Origin: Flavobacteriia bacterium
Lineage (GTDB): Bacteria; Bacteroidota; Bacteroidia; Flavobacteriales; Weeksellaceae
Reading direction: 5' to 3'
NCBI GenBank assembly: GCA_019455045.1
Contig: JACFND010000001.1
Coordinates: 22,023 to 86,022 of the forward strand
Length of the DNA stretch: 64,000 nt
Positions 1 to 10,255 of this stretch are shown piece after piece. Under the pieces are notes generated by a model that did no database searches, had not been told where the DNA came from, and saw only the letters and a program-made list of their open reading frames with translations. Within the stretch, counting starts at the first letter, position 1. Every line of letters starts with the position of its first letter. The position numbers and the translations under genes are program-made.

Positions 1-240
1 TTGAGAAACGCAGGAAAATATATCGGAATGCTCGAGAGATTGTTTGTATTCACATTTGTCATTACCGGTAACTGGAGTGCGATTGGATTTTTGATTGCAG
101 CGAAATCAGTCTTCAGGTTTGGGGATTTAAGAGAGTCAAAAAACAGAAAGTTAACTGAGTATATTTTGATCGGAACTCTGCTGAGCTTTGCTACGGCAGT
201 TATTGTTGGTATGTTGGTTTTAGAATTGACAGTTGTTTAA
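1..240 (+). CDS. C-terminal part of a DUF3307-type membrane protein (5' end outside the window)
   Basis: GKYIGxLER...IGFLIAAKSVFRFGDL...EYILIGTLLSF pattern recognised; the TTG start in the track is probably an edge artefact. Confidence 0.7.
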   Translation: MRNAGKYIGMLERLFVFTFVITGNWSAIGFLIAAKSVFRFGDLRESKNRKLTEYILIGTLLSFATAVIVGMLVLELTVV

Positions 241-286
241 AAGTTCAAAAATCTATCTGAAAATTCTATCTCGTTATTCTCAATAA

Positions 287-323
287 AAAAACAGGGCTCA
301 AGAAAAACTCAAGACCTGTTTTT
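287..323. terminator. Probable bidirectional intrinsic terminator between convergent genes
   Basis: Minus-strand stem AAAAACAGGTCTTGAG/CTTGAGCCCTGTTTTT, about 16 bp with G-U pairs and one mismatch, A/T tracts on both sides. Confidence 0.6.
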
Positions 324-343
324 GTGATTTTTAATGAAATATT

Positions 344-1870
344 TTAATGTATTCCCTTCATTGACTTGTTGAGGAACGGAGACAATATCAGCAAACCGAC
401 ACCCGAACCGACCATCAGCATGGTGATGAACGGATAGAGTTCCCAGTCGTATTTGGTGAGTATGTGTTCCAATGTTGCAGCCAGATAATTACCCAAAGCA
501 AAACTCGCCATCCAAACACCCATCATGATTGAAACGATTTTGTGAGGTGCAAGTTTGGTTACCATCGACAATCCGATCGGCGAAAGCATCAGCTCGCCGC
601 AGGTCAGCAGTACATAAACCACAACCAGCCACATCGGACTTACCAGCGTTCCGTCTTTTGCAAGATTGGCAGCCATTGTCATGATGTAAAATGCAATTGC
701 ACCGATGAACATCGCCATTGCAAATTTAATCGGTGTTCTTGGGTTTAATTTTTTTGCAGCCAGTTTGATCCAAAGGATTGAGAACAATGGCGCAAGGGTT
801 ACAATCGCAATCGGGTTTACATTTTGAAACCAGGTGGTCGGGATTTGGAAACTGCCTACAAACCTGTTTGTATTTTCTTCTGCAAACAGATTGAATGTTC
901 CTCCAGCCTGTTCAAATCCTGCCCAGAATACGATATTGAAAAATGCCAGAATCAGAATTACGATTACCCTTGACCACTCTGTAGAACCGTTGGTTCCTTT
1001 GAAAATTGAGAATGCGATAAAAAGAGCACCCGCGCCTCCGAAGAGCCAGATGACGATCGAATGGACCGTGTCGCCGGTCGAACCCCAGAAGGTCATAATT
1101 CCAAATACGACTGCCACATTGACCACCGTATAGAGAACGATGTCCATCCAGTCCCGATTGTTCAGATCTGTCCTTCCTTCTTTGATCGCTTTTGGCGGCA
1201 GACCGAGTCCTTCCAGTGTATTTCTTCTGAAATGGAACCAAAGCACACCGATCAGCATACCTACACCGGCAGCTACAAATCCCCAGGGCCAGCCGACTTT
1301 CTCACCGAGTGTTCCTGCCACAAATGGCGAAAGGAAAGCACCGATGTTGATCCCCATATAGAAGATGGTGAATCCGCCGTCTTTGCGCGGATCATCATTG
1401 TCATACAGATCGCCGACGATGGTTGAAATATTTGGTTTGAAAAATCCGTTACCCAGAATCAAAACGCCCAGTCCGAGATAAAAGAAGTGTTTTCTTTCAT
1501 CAAGTCCCTGCATAAAGAATTCGCTCGAACTTGCTGCGAGCATAAATTGTCCGATCGCCATGGTGATACCACCGATCAGAATCGATTTTCGCTGTCCCAG
1601 TATATTGTCAGAAAACCATCCGCCCAAAATTGGTGTCAGATAAACCAGTGCGGTGAAAATACCATATACCGCAAGTGATTCGGTACGGTCCAGACCAAAA
1701 CCTCCGGTTACCAGTTGGGCTGTCAGGAATAAAGTGAGCAGAGCCCGCATTCCGTAGTAGGAAAATCTTTCCCACATTTCGGTAAAAAACAAACTGTAAA
1801 GACCGGTTGGGTGGCCTTTGGTTGGCGGTTTCTTGTCGAAATCCTCCAATTGTGATGTTGTGTCGCTCAT
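344..1870 (-). CDS. POT/PTR family proton-dependent oligopeptide transporter (MFS)
   Basis: FFTEMWERFSYYGMR (ExxERF) motif, GNGFFKPNIS PTR2 motif, many TM helices. Confidence 0.95.
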   Translation of the reverse strand: MSDTTSQLEDFDKKPPTKGHPTGLYSLFFTEMWERFSYYGMRALLTLFLTAQLVTGGFGLDRTESLAVYGIFTALVYLTPILGGWFSDNILGQRKSILIGGITMAIGQFMLAASSSEFFMQGLDERKHFFYLGLGVLILGNGFFKPNISTIVGDLYDNDDPRKDGGFTIFYMGINIGAFLSPFVAGTLGEKVGWPWGFVAAGVGMLIGVLWFHFRRNTLEGLGLPPKAIKEGRTDLNNRDWMDIVLYTVVNVAVVFGIMTFWGSTGDTVHSIVIWLFGGAGALFIAFSIFKGTNGSTEWSRVIVILILAFFNIVFWAGFEQAGGTFNLFAEENTNRFVGSFQIPTTWFQNVNPIAIVTLAPLFSILWIKLAAKKLNPRTPIKFAMAMFIGAIAFYIMTMAANLAKDGTLVSPMWLVVVYVLLTCGELMLSPIGLSMVTKLAPHKIVSIMMGVWMASFALGNYLAATLEHILTKYDWELYPFITMLMVGSGVGLLILSPFLNKSMKGIH

Positions 1871-1892
1871 GTTGTTGTTAATTTATTGGTGG

Positions 1893-3542
1893 CTAATGTA
1901 CATTATTTTCTTTCATTATGGTGTTGAGCCATTTCAAAATTGCAACCGCAAACAGTGTTGCAATCATCAAAAGTAAAAAATTCACCAGAAAAAAGTTGGC
2001 TTTATTTTCATATTCATACCACAAACTTGCCAAAACGCCAGATAATTTGTTTCCTATTGAGGTTGAAAGGAAGAAACCGCCCATCATCAGTGCAGTCAGT
2101 CTTGGCGGACTGAGTTTTGAAACCAGTGACAGACCCATCGGGCTCAGACAGAGTTCACCCAAGGTAATCACTCCGTAGCAGCCGATCAGCCACCAGGGCG
2201 AGACTTTGACCGCTCCGTTTTCGCCGATATAAACCGCAGCAACCATCACCAGACAGGAAAGTGCGGATATAAACAGTCCGAGTGTGATCTTTCCGGCGGT
2301 GGTCGGTTCTTTGTTCCGTTTTCGCATTCTGATAAAAAACCAGACAAGCAAAGGTGTCAGTATGATGACCCAGGCCGGATTGACCGACTGAAATATTTCG
2401 GTGTTGATCAGATAGACCGTATCTCCTTCTTCGGGTAATTTTTCGGGATTCATATTGGTAAAATAAACATCCTTTCCGACTTCTTTTACAATATCGCCAT
2501 TGTCATCCCTGACCACTCTGTACTGATCGTCATAAATCGCAGTTTCACTGTCTTTGTATGGAACTTCTTCGACCAGATACAAATCTGCCAATGGTTTTTC
2601 AACTGCATTTGAAACCGATCTTTCGGTATAGAATTTTGCCCAGCGGGTCAGTGCGGTTCCGTTTTGTTTGAATACCGCCCAAAACATCACACCGACAGCA
2701 AAGACTGCAAGCAGTGCCGCGATCGGACGTTTGTCGATTTTGCTCGCTCTGACATAAAGCGAAATGTAGAAAGCCACAACCGGAATACAAGCAAAAATAA
2801 ATGCATCGGTACTGTCGCTGCCCAAAATATTGCCCGGAATCATCCAGCCGATCAGTCCGGCAATGATCGCAGGAACAAACACATACAGCAGTACTTTGCC
2901 CAGACCGATGTCTCCTTCCTGTTTGGGTTTGATCACATTAGCCTGTTTGAAATGTTTCAGACCAAAAGAAAATACGATCAGTCCGACAAACATACCGATG
3001 CCCGCGGTTGCAAAAGCAGCTTCCCAGCCGAATTTGTTCCGCATAAATGCAGCGATGATGTTGCAGACAAATGCGCCGATGTTGATCCCCATATAAAAGA
3101 TATTGTAACCCGAATCTTTCATGTCTTTGTATTCTTCGGTCGAATACAGATTTCCGAGCAGCGTTGAAATATTGGGTTTGAACAGTCCGTTTCCGACGAT
3201 GATCAGACCGAGTGCCACATAGAAACTCGCCAATCCGGGCAGTGCCAAAGTAATGTAACCCAATCCCATCAGCGTGCCGCCGATATAGACCGATTTGACA
3301 TATCCCAAAATCCGGTCGGCAAGAAAACCGCCCAAAAATGGGGTCAGATAGGTCAAAGCGATAAAAGTTCCAAAAATATCATCCGCATTTTTGTCCAGAA
3401 AGCCCATTCCCCCGCGATCAACATCGATCATGTAGAGAACGAAAATTCCAAGCATCAGATAATAACCGAAACGTTCCCACATTTCGGTGAAAAACAGAAA
3501 ATAAAGGCCTTTTGGGTGTTTGGCCGTGACGGTCTTTCCCAT
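1893..3542 (-). CDS. POT/PTR family oligopeptide transporter, second paralogue
   Basis: FFTEMWERFGYY and GNGLFKPNIS motifs; extra hydrophilic insert before FQSVNP. Confidence 0.95.
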   Translation of the reverse strand: MGKTVTAKHPKGLYFLFFTEMWERFGYYLMLGIFVLYMIDVDRGGMGFLDKNADDIFGTFIALTYLTPFLGGFLADRILGYVKSVYIGGTLMGLGYITLALPGLASFYVALGLIIVGNGLFKPNISTLLGNLYSTEEYKDMKDSGYNIFYMGINIGAFVCNIIAAFMRNKFGWEAAFATAGIGMFVGLIVFSFGLKHFKQANVIKPKQEGDIGLGKVLLYVFVPAIIAGLIGWMIPGNILGSDSTDAFIFACIPVVAFYISLYVRASKIDKRPIAALLAVFAVGVMFWAVFKQNGTALTRWAKFYTERSVSNAVEKPLADLYLVEEVPYKDSETAIYDDQYRVVRDDNGDIVKEVGKDVYFTNMNPEKLPEEGDTVYLINTEIFQSVNPAWVIILTPLLVWFFIRMRKRNKEPTTAGKITLGLFISALSCLVMVAAVYIGENGAVKVSPWWLIGCYGVITLGELCLSPMGLSLVSKLSPPRLTALMMGGFFLSTSIGNKLSGVLASLWYEYENKANFFLVNFLLLMIATLFAVAILKWLNTIMKENNVH

Positions 3543-3545
3543 ATT

Positions 3546-5708
3546 TTACAGATTTTTGAGGATATAATTCGTCATCAGCGTATAAAGCTGGAGTCGTGTT
3601 GCACCGCCGTAAATGCCGTGATTTTTGTCGGGATACATCATCATGTCGAATTGTTTGTTGGCTGCAATCAGTGCAGCAGACAGATCCATTGCGTTCTGAA
3701 AATGAACATTGTCGTCTGCAGTACCGTGAATCAGCAGATATTTGTTCTTTTGGTCATTGAAATTTTTTGCATAAGTGATCGGCGAATTGTCATCATAACC
3801 CGAAGCATTTTCCTGAGGTGTCCTCATAAATCTTTCGGTATAGACAGAATCATAATAACGCCAGTTGGTCACCGGGGCCACTGCAATCGCCATTTTCACC
3901 ACATTTCCGCCTCTGAAGATTACATTGCTCGACATAAAACCGCCGTAACTCCATCCCCAGATTCCGATTCTTGAAGCATCCACATAAGGCAGTTTTCCGA
4001 TTTCGACAGCAGCCTGAATCTGATCCTCAACTTCCATTTTTCCAAGATTCAGATAAGTCTGTTTTTTGAACGCAACTCCTTTTCCGCCGGTTCCGCGACC
4101 ATCCACACAAAATACCAGATATCCTTTTTGAGCCAGCATAAAATACCACTGATCATTTATGTCGTGCCATTTGTTCAATACCTGCTGCGAGCCGGGGCCG
4201 CTGTATTGATACATCAAAACCGGATATTTTTTGTTTGGATTAAAATCTTTGGGTTTGATGATCCAAGTGTTCAAATCTGTGCCGTTGACTTTGATGGTGG
4301 TCAGTTCTTTTGTACCCATTCCGTCGCCGATCAATCGGTTTGCAGCATCCTGACTGTCTTTGATAACCGCCAGTTCCTGATTTTTCTTTCCGCTTTTCAG
4401 ATAATAAGTGCTTGACTGCTGAATGGATGAAAACGGATTGATGAAATAATCAAAACTTTTGCTGAACTGAGCCGAATTGCTGCCGTGACGGTCGGTGAGC
4501 ATGGTCAGATTTTTTCCATCCAGATCGATTTTGTTCACTGATTTTTCGGTCGAAATTCTTTTTCCGTCAAAACTGTTTGACTGAAAATAAACCGTTTTTG
4601 TTTTAGGATTGTAACCGTAAAAATTGGTGACTTCCCAGTCTCCTTTTGTCACCTGATTGTTCAGTTTGCCCGAATTTGAATAATAATAGATGTGTCGGTT
4701 TCCGTCTCTTTCGGAAGTCCACAGAAAACTGTTGTCATCCATAAATTCAAGTGTAACATCATCTGTTTCAATCCATTTGTCATCGGTTTCTGTAAATAAT
4801 TTATTGACTTTCTGATTTTTGATATCCACAAAATTCACATCCACCTTATTCTGATGACGGTTTGAAGTCAGAACGGCAAGCGTGTTTTTGTCTTTTGTAA
4901 ATTTAACTTTGAAGATATAATAATTCTGAACCGAAGACAGATTTACTTTTGTGTTTTTTCCGGTATTCAAATCAAAAACATGCAGACTGACTTCAGAATT
5001 GTTTTCGCCTGCTTTCGGATATTTGAAACGCATCTCGTACGGATACAGATTGTGTTCATAAATCGGAATTGAAAATTCGGGAACTTTGGTTTCGTCAAAT
5101 CTCACAAATGCAATTGCAGTACCGTCCGCATTCCAGTCGTAATGACGCACAAATCCGAATTCTTCCTCATAAACCCAGTCGCAGATACCGTTGATGATTT
5201 CATTTTTCTTTCCGTCGGTCGTTACCTGACTGACTTTTCCGGAAGCCAGATCCTGAAAATAAATATTGTTTTCAAACACAAATGCAACTTTTGAAGCATC
5301 GGGCGAGAAGGTCGGCTCCTGAATCGGTTTGCCGTCAAAAATTGATTTGAATGATTTGTCGGCCGTATTGTAAACCTGCCATTTTGCAAAAAACGAATGT
5401 CTGTAAATCGGCTGCATTTCAGTGGCGAGCAGTATAAATTTTTCATCCGAACTGAATGAATAATCGTCAAAGCTTCCGCTTACGATCAGCTCTTTTGAAT
5501 CTTTTTTGCTGACAAACGACTCATACGAATATTTATAGATTCCGTCATTTTCCTGAAGACTGTAGTGCTGTCCGTCATTCATCGAATTGATTCCGAACAG
5601 GCCGGGCGAATAGTATTTATAGCCCCATATATTTTCCAAAGTGATCTGCTGTGCACCTGCAATCATGCTGCCGGCTATGCAAAATAGTAGAATTAGCTTT
5701 TTCATCAT
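3546..5708 (-). CDS. dpp4: Dipeptidyl-peptidase IV, S9B family
   Basis: Signal peptide, DWVYEEE motif, GWSYGG nucleophile, DDNVH and NHGIYG catalytic Asp/His regions. Confidence 0.92.
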   Translation of the reverse strand: MMKKLILLFCIAGSMIAGAQQITLENIWGYKYYSPGLFGINSMNDGQHYSLQENDGIYKYSYESFVSKKDSKELIVSGSFDDYSFSSDEKFILLATEMQPIYRHSFFAKWQVYNTADKSFKSIFDGKPIQEPTFSPDASKVAFVFENNIYFQDLASGKVSQVTTDGKKNEIINGICDWVYEEEFGFVRHYDWNADGTAIAFVRFDETKVPEFSIPIYEHNLYPYEMRFKYPKAGENNSEVSLHVFDLNTGKNTKVNLSSVQNYYIFKVKFTKDKNTLAVLTSNRHQNKVDVNFVDIKNQKVNKLFTETDDKWIETDDVTLEFMDDNSFLWTSERDGNRHIYYYSNSGKLNNQVTKGDWEVTNFYGYNPKTKTVYFQSNSFDGKRISTEKSVNKIDLDGKNLTMLTDRHGSNSAQFSKSFDYFINPFSSIQQSSTYYLKSGKKNQELAVIKDSQDAANRLIGDGMGTKELTTIKVNGTDLNTWIIKPKDFNPNKKYPVLMYQYSGPGSQQVLNKWHDINDQWYFMLAQKGYLVFCVDGRGTGGKGVAFKKQTYLNLGKMEVEDQIQAAVEIGKLPYVDASRIGIWGWSYGGFMSSNVIFRGGNVVKMAIAVAPVTNWRYYDSVYTERFMRTPQENASGYDDNSPITYAKNFNDQKNKYLLIHGTADDNVHFQNAMDLSAALIAANKQFDMMMYPDKNHGIYGGATRLQLYTLMTNYILKNL

Positions 5709-5733
5709 GTGTGTTTTGGTTTGACCGAAGAAT

Positions 5734-5741
5734 CAAAGATA
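5734..5741 (-). promoter_or_regulatory. Bacteroidota primary-sigma -7 box (TATCTTTG) for the dpp4-POT-POT operon
   Basis: Matches TAnnTTTG, 25 nt upstream of the ATG. Confidence 0.6.
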
Positions 5742-5865
5742 AAAAAAATAGTGAAACCCGATACGGCTCAAAGTGCCTGAGAAAATTTAAATTTTTTGAA
5801 ACCACAAAAAAAACAGACCGATTCTAAACCGAATTTCCGATTTTTGCGAAACTGAAATTCAGTTT

Positions 5866-6435
5866 ATGCAGCTGTTATTAATCGACAACAATGATTCTTT
5901 TACATTCAACATCGTCAATATTCTTCGTGAAATTGATGGCTGCAATTTTCGGGTGATCAATTATGATGAATTGAGAATCAGTGATTTGGATGAATTTTCT
6001 CATTTTATAATTTCGCCCGGACCGATGAAACCAGAAGATTTTCCAAAACTGAATCAGGTGATCGATCACAGCACACAAAATCAAAAACCCTTGTTGGGAA
6101 TTTGTTTGGGACATCAGACGATTTGTACTCATTTTGGCGGGAAACTGTATCGGCTCGACAATGTGATTCACGGTCAGCAAAGAAAGATTGAAATCATTAA
6201 AGATTCCGCAATTTTTAACAATCTGCCCAAAACAATTGAAGCCGGGCTGTATCATTCATGGACGGTTTCGCCGGATGATTTTCCGGATGAGCTTGAAATT
6301 ACGGCAAAATCCGGAAAATACATTATGGCAGTTCAGCACAAAACACTTCCGATTTTTGGCATTCAGTTTCATCCCGAATCATTTCTTACGCCATTTGGTA
6401 AAGAGATTTTAATCAATTTCACAAAATTAAGATGA
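5866..6435 (+). CDS. pabA: Aminodeoxychorismate/anthranilate synthase component II (glutamine amidotransferase)
   Basis: LLIDNNDSFT, ISPGP, LGICLGHQ, QFHPES motifs; overlaps the component I gene. Confidence 0.85.
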   Translation: MQLLLIDNNDSFTFNIVNILREIDGCNFRVINYDELRISDLDEFSHFIISPGPMKPEDFPKLNQVIDHSTQNQKPLLGICLGHQTICTHFGGKLYRLDNVIHGQQRKIEIIKDSAIFNNLPKTIEAGLYHSWTVSPDDFPDELEITAKSGKYIMAVQHKTLPIFGIQFHPESFLTPFGKEILINFTKLR

Positions 6436-7403
6436 TGGAACTTTTTCAATTTTCAAAACAGATTTCAGCATATACAGTTCAAAAGATTCCGTATTTCTTT
6501 CTGATTGATTTTGAAATGAAAAATCCAATGATCTGCATATTGGAAGAAGCCGAAGCAAATGGAGTTCTGTACAACATCAAAGGAAAAACAAATGCTGATG
6601 AACAAATTCAGATTCCAAAACCGAAACTGACTTATACCGCGATTGACAAAGAAAATTATTTCGAAAAAATCAATACAGTCATCGAAGAACTGAAAAACGG
6701 AAATTCATTTTTGCTGAATTTGACTTTTCCCACACCGATCAATTGCAATCTGAGTCTGAAGGAAATTTTTTATGCAAGCAAAGCACCTTATAAATTATTG
6801 CTGAAAGATCAATTTGTGGTTTTTTCACCCGAAAGTTTTATTCAAATCAGTCAAAAACGGATTTCGACTTTTCCGATGAAAGGAACGATTGATGCTAATA
6901 TTCCGGATGCAGAACAAATCCTGATCAATAATCAAAAGGAAGCCTGGGAGCATCACACCATAGTCGATCTGATGCGGAATGATCTGTCGCTGATTGCAGA
7001 AAAAGTCAAAGTGGATCGTTTCCGTTATATCGACAAAATCAAAACCCACAAAGGAGAAATCCTGCAAACGAGTTCAGCCATCAGCGGAAATTTGAAAGAA
7101 GGCTGGGAAAATCATTTTGGTGAAAATCTGCTGAAACTTCTTCCGGCTGGATCGATCAGCGGTGCACCCAAAAAGAAAACGGTTGAAATCATACAATCGG
7201 TTGAAGATGTTCCGCGCGGATTTTATACCGGAGTCTTTGGTTTGTTTGACGGTGAAAATTTGGATTCGGCGGTCGCCATCCGTTTTGTCGAAAAACAAAA
7301 CCAGCAGCTTTATTTCAAAAGCGGTGGCGGAATTACTTCAAACAGCGATCCCCAAAATGAATACGAAGAACTGATACAGAAGATTTATCTTCCGATCAAT
7401 TAA
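6432..7403 (+). CDS. pabB: Aminodeoxychorismate synthase component I (short Bacteroidota form)
   Basis: SPESF, PMKGT, KEAWEHHTIVDLMRNDL, PAGSISGAPK, SGGGIT chorismate-binding motifs. Confidence 0.85.
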   Translation: MMELFQFSKQISAYTVQKIPYFFLIDFEMKNPMICILEEAEANGVLYNIKGKTNADEQIQIPKPKLTYTAIDKENYFEKINTVIEELKNGNSFLLNLTFPTPINCNLSLKEIFYASKAPYKLLLKDQFVVFSPESFIQISQKRISTFPMKGTIDANIPDAEQILINNQKEAWEHHTIVDLMRNDLSLIAEKVKVDRFRYIDKIKTHKGEILQTSSAISGNLKEGWENHFGENLLKLLPAGSISGAPKKKTVEIIQSVEDVPRGFYTGVFGLFDGENLDSAVAIRFVEKQNQQLYFKSGGGITSNSDPQNEYEELIQKIYLPIN

Positions 7404-7423
7404 TTATTCAATCCAATCAAATT

Positions 7424-8815
7424 TTAACTGAACAGACCGAGGAACTGCCAAAGCAGATCTGGATAAGTACCCAGCGCAAAGTTCAATGCGGTTCCGAAAA
7501 TCAGCAGCAGTTGTGAAGCCAAAGACAATTTGAGTTTCTTTTTGTTGTCAGTATCTCTGAAATACATCACGATGATCACTTTGAAATAATAAAACACGCT
7601 GATAACAGCCAGTATCAAAGCCGCGATGATCAGAAACAGATTTCCGGGTACATGCATGGCCGCGCTCAGCACAAAAAATTTGCCGAGGAAACCCGAGGTA
7701 AACGGAATTCCGGACAATGAAAAGAGTGCAACCGCGCAGGAAGTTGCCAGCAGCGGCGAACGTTTTGCCAGACCGTAATATCCTTTGTGATCCACACTGT
7801 CCACTTTGGTGAGCGAATAAAACAAAACCACGCTTGACAAACTGTAGCTGACAACATAAAACAGCAGTGCATCTTTTGAGGCCTGATCGATGACAAACAA
7901 TGCAAACATCATATAACCTGCCTGAACCACAGAAGAATAGGCAAGCATTCTTTTGACGCTTTTTTGTTTGATTGCAGAGAAATTTCCGAGTATCAGTGTG
8001 AGCAGAATTATAAAAGTCAACAGATACTGATAATTTTTTGCAACGATTTCAGATGTGATTTTGAATGACATCATCACCGAAATAAAAGCCAGAAATCCTC
8101 CGCCTTTGACGATGGTCACCATGTAGGATGAGAACACGGTCGGCGTTCCTTCATATACATCCGGTCCCCAATAATGCATCGGCGCAACCGAAACTTTGAA
8201 ACAAAGCGAAAGAATCAGCAGCGTCCAGCCGAGATAATAAATCGACTGCATGTCAAATGCATAAGCTGTGATATGATTCAGCAGGAATGATCCGCTGGCA
8301 CCGTAAATCAATGTGATGCCCATCAGCATGATGCCGGTTGAGAATGCGCCCATCATAAAATATTTGATGGATGCTTCGGTACTTTTCATTTTGTGTTTTG
8401 CGGTTCCTGCCAGTATATAAACCGGAATTGAAAGAATTTCAACACCCATAAACAGCAGCAGCAGATTGTTGAAAGTTGCCAATACCGCGATACCGGTGAG
8501 CGAAATAAAAATCAGTGCATAATAATCAGAAACCATTTTGCCCGGCTGACTGATTTTGTTTCGGTTGACCAAAACGTAGTACAGTCCGACGGCACAAAGC
8601 GCGATAAAGAAATAAATTCTGTAATTATCGGTCACGATCATATTCGGGTATTTGCCCGCCCAAATCTCATTTCCTTTCAGCTGACAGGCGGCTGAAATCA
8701 TGATGACGATCATTAGGACGGCAGCCAGAATACTCTGGTGAAGTTTCTTTTTAGAAACAAATCCGCTGAACATAAAGATGATACCGGATAAAGCTGATGT
8801 CAATATAATATTCAT
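7424..8815 (-). CDS. nuoN: NADH-quinone oxidoreductase subunit N
   Basis: EASIKYF, FKVSVAPMHYWGPDVYEG, KRMLAYSS; last gene of the nuo operon. Confidence 0.93.
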   Translation of the reverse strand: MNIILTSALSGIIFMFSGFVSKKKLHQSILAAVLMIVIMISAACQLKGNEIWAGKYPNMIVTDNYRIYFFIALCAVGLYYVLVNRNKISQPGKMVSDYYALIFISLTGIAVLATFNNLLLLFMGVEILSIPVYILAGTAKHKMKSTEASIKYFMMGAFSTGIMLMGITLIYGASGSFLLNHITAYAFDMQSIYYLGWTLLILSLCFKVSVAPMHYWGPDVYEGTPTVFSSYMVTIVKGGGFLAFISVMMSFKITSEIVAKNYQYLLTFIILLTLILGNFSAIKQKSVKRMLAYSSVVQAGYMMFALFVIDQASKDALLFYVVSYSLSSVVLFYSLTKVDSVDHKGYYGLAKRSPLLATSCAVALFSLSGIPFTSGFLGKFFVLSAAMHVPGNLFLIIAALILAVISVFYYFKVIIVMYFRDTDNKKKLKLSLASQLLLIFGTALNFALGTYPDLLWQFLGLFS

Positions 8816-8830
8816 AGTGGATGCTTCTGA

Positions 8831-10243
8831 TTAATTTTGGATTAGATTAAATATGATTGACGGATAAGTACCCAATAAAATTACTGCAAACGACAGCAGG
8901 CCGAATACCAGATAGAGTATGGCCGGCATTCTTTTCGGTTTGTCCTTGATATGATTGGGCGAACCGAGCAAAATCGCGTTGTTCATTCTCCAGGTGTAAG
9001 CAGCCGAAAGGATGGCGCCGATACAGCCCATGACACACAAAATCGGATTGTAAAGGAACAATGCATTGAGCATCGAGAATTCACCGATAAAGTTTGAGGT
9101 CAGCGGCAGCGACAGATTTGACAGACAGAAAATCGTCCAGAAAACCGCAATCGCAGGATCGATCTTTGCCAGTCCTCTGACAGATTTCACATCGGTCACA
9201 CCGTATCTTCTGTGCATATAATCATAGCTCAACCACATGCCGAGCACTACGATACCGTGGCTGAACATTTGGAAATAAGCGCCTTTGATTCCGATTTCGG
9301 AATAAGTGAAGAGGCTCATAAAGATCAGCGCCAGGTGGGCAATCGAGCTGAATGCGATAATTCTTTTCAAATGATTTGATCTGAGTGCAATCAGCGATGC
9401 ATACACCAGACCGAATCCGACCACATACAGCAGCCAGTCAAAATTCAGTGATTTGATCGGGAACATTCCGATAAACCAATTGACCACTGCAAACAGCCCC
9501 ATCTTTGCCATCAGTGCACTGAGGATGACGGTTACAAAAGTATCCGATGCCTTGTAAACCGGCGGCTGCCAGGTGTGCAAAGGAAAGAGCGGAATTTTGA
9601 TTGCAAATGCGATCAGAAATAAAATCGGCAGCAGCTGCAGATCTTTGTATTGGGTGGTCAGTCCTTTGATGTCGCTCAAAAGATAACTTTCGGGCTGAAG
9701 GTGGAATCCGATATAAATGATTCCGGCCAGCATCAGGAACGAACCGAAGATTGTATAAATAAAGAAAGTGGTATTTGCTCTGACTTTGTTTTTTCCGCCC
9801 CAGATTCCGATCAGGAAGTAAATCGGTATCAAAACGATTTCCCAGAAGAAATAAAACAGCAGCAGATCCTGAGCAAGAAAAACTCCGTTCAGACCTGCAA
9901 ACATAATCAGCAGCAGACCGTAAAAATTATTTTTGTAATTCTTTTTAACCGAAATAAAATACAGGAACAAAAGCGAATAGACAAAGGTGGTGAGCATCAC
10001 CATGATGGCGCCCAGACCCGAAAAGTCGAGTGCAATATAGGTCTGTACATCTCCCATTTTGAACCAGGGCTGAGTGATCTCTTTCTGAATCGCACCCTCG
10101 CCGTTAAATGCGGCAAGCAGTGAGAAGATGAACAGATAAACGCTGATGGCTGTGCCTATAAAGCCAAGCGATTTCTTGTAAGAAGTGACCGCCAGACCTA
10201 CTCCAAATATCAAAGGCAATAAAATCAGTAATACTAAAAACAT
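8831..10243 (-). CDS. nuoM: NADH-quinone oxidoreductase subunit M
   Basis: FYFFWEIVLIP, IKIPLFPLHTW, IAFSSIAH, PLTSNFIGEF. Confidence 0.95.
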   Translation of the reverse strand: MFLVLLILLPLIFGVGLAVTSYKKSLGFIGTAISVYLFIFSLLAAFNGEGAIQKEITQPWFKMGDVQTYIALDFSGLGAIMVMLTTFVYSLLFLYFISVKKNYKNNFYGLLLIMFAGLNGVFLAQDLLLFYFFWEIVLIPIYFLIGIWGGKNKVRANTTFFIYTIFGSFLMLAGIIYIGFHLQPESYLLSDIKGLTTQYKDLQLLPILFLIAFAIKIPLFPLHTWQPPVYKASDTFVTVILSALMAKMGLFAVVNWFIGMFPIKSLNFDWLLYVVGFGLVYASLIALRSNHLKRIIAFSSIAHLALIFMSLFTYSEIGIKGAYFQMFSHGIVVLGMWLSYDYMHRRYGVTDVKSVRGLAKIDPAIAVFWTIFCLSNLSLPLTSNFIGEFSMLNALFLYNPILCVMGCIGAILSAAYTWRMNNAILLGSPNHIKDKPKRMPAILYLVFGLLSFAVILLGTYPSIIFNLIQN

Positions 10244-10255
10244 TCTTTCCGCTTT

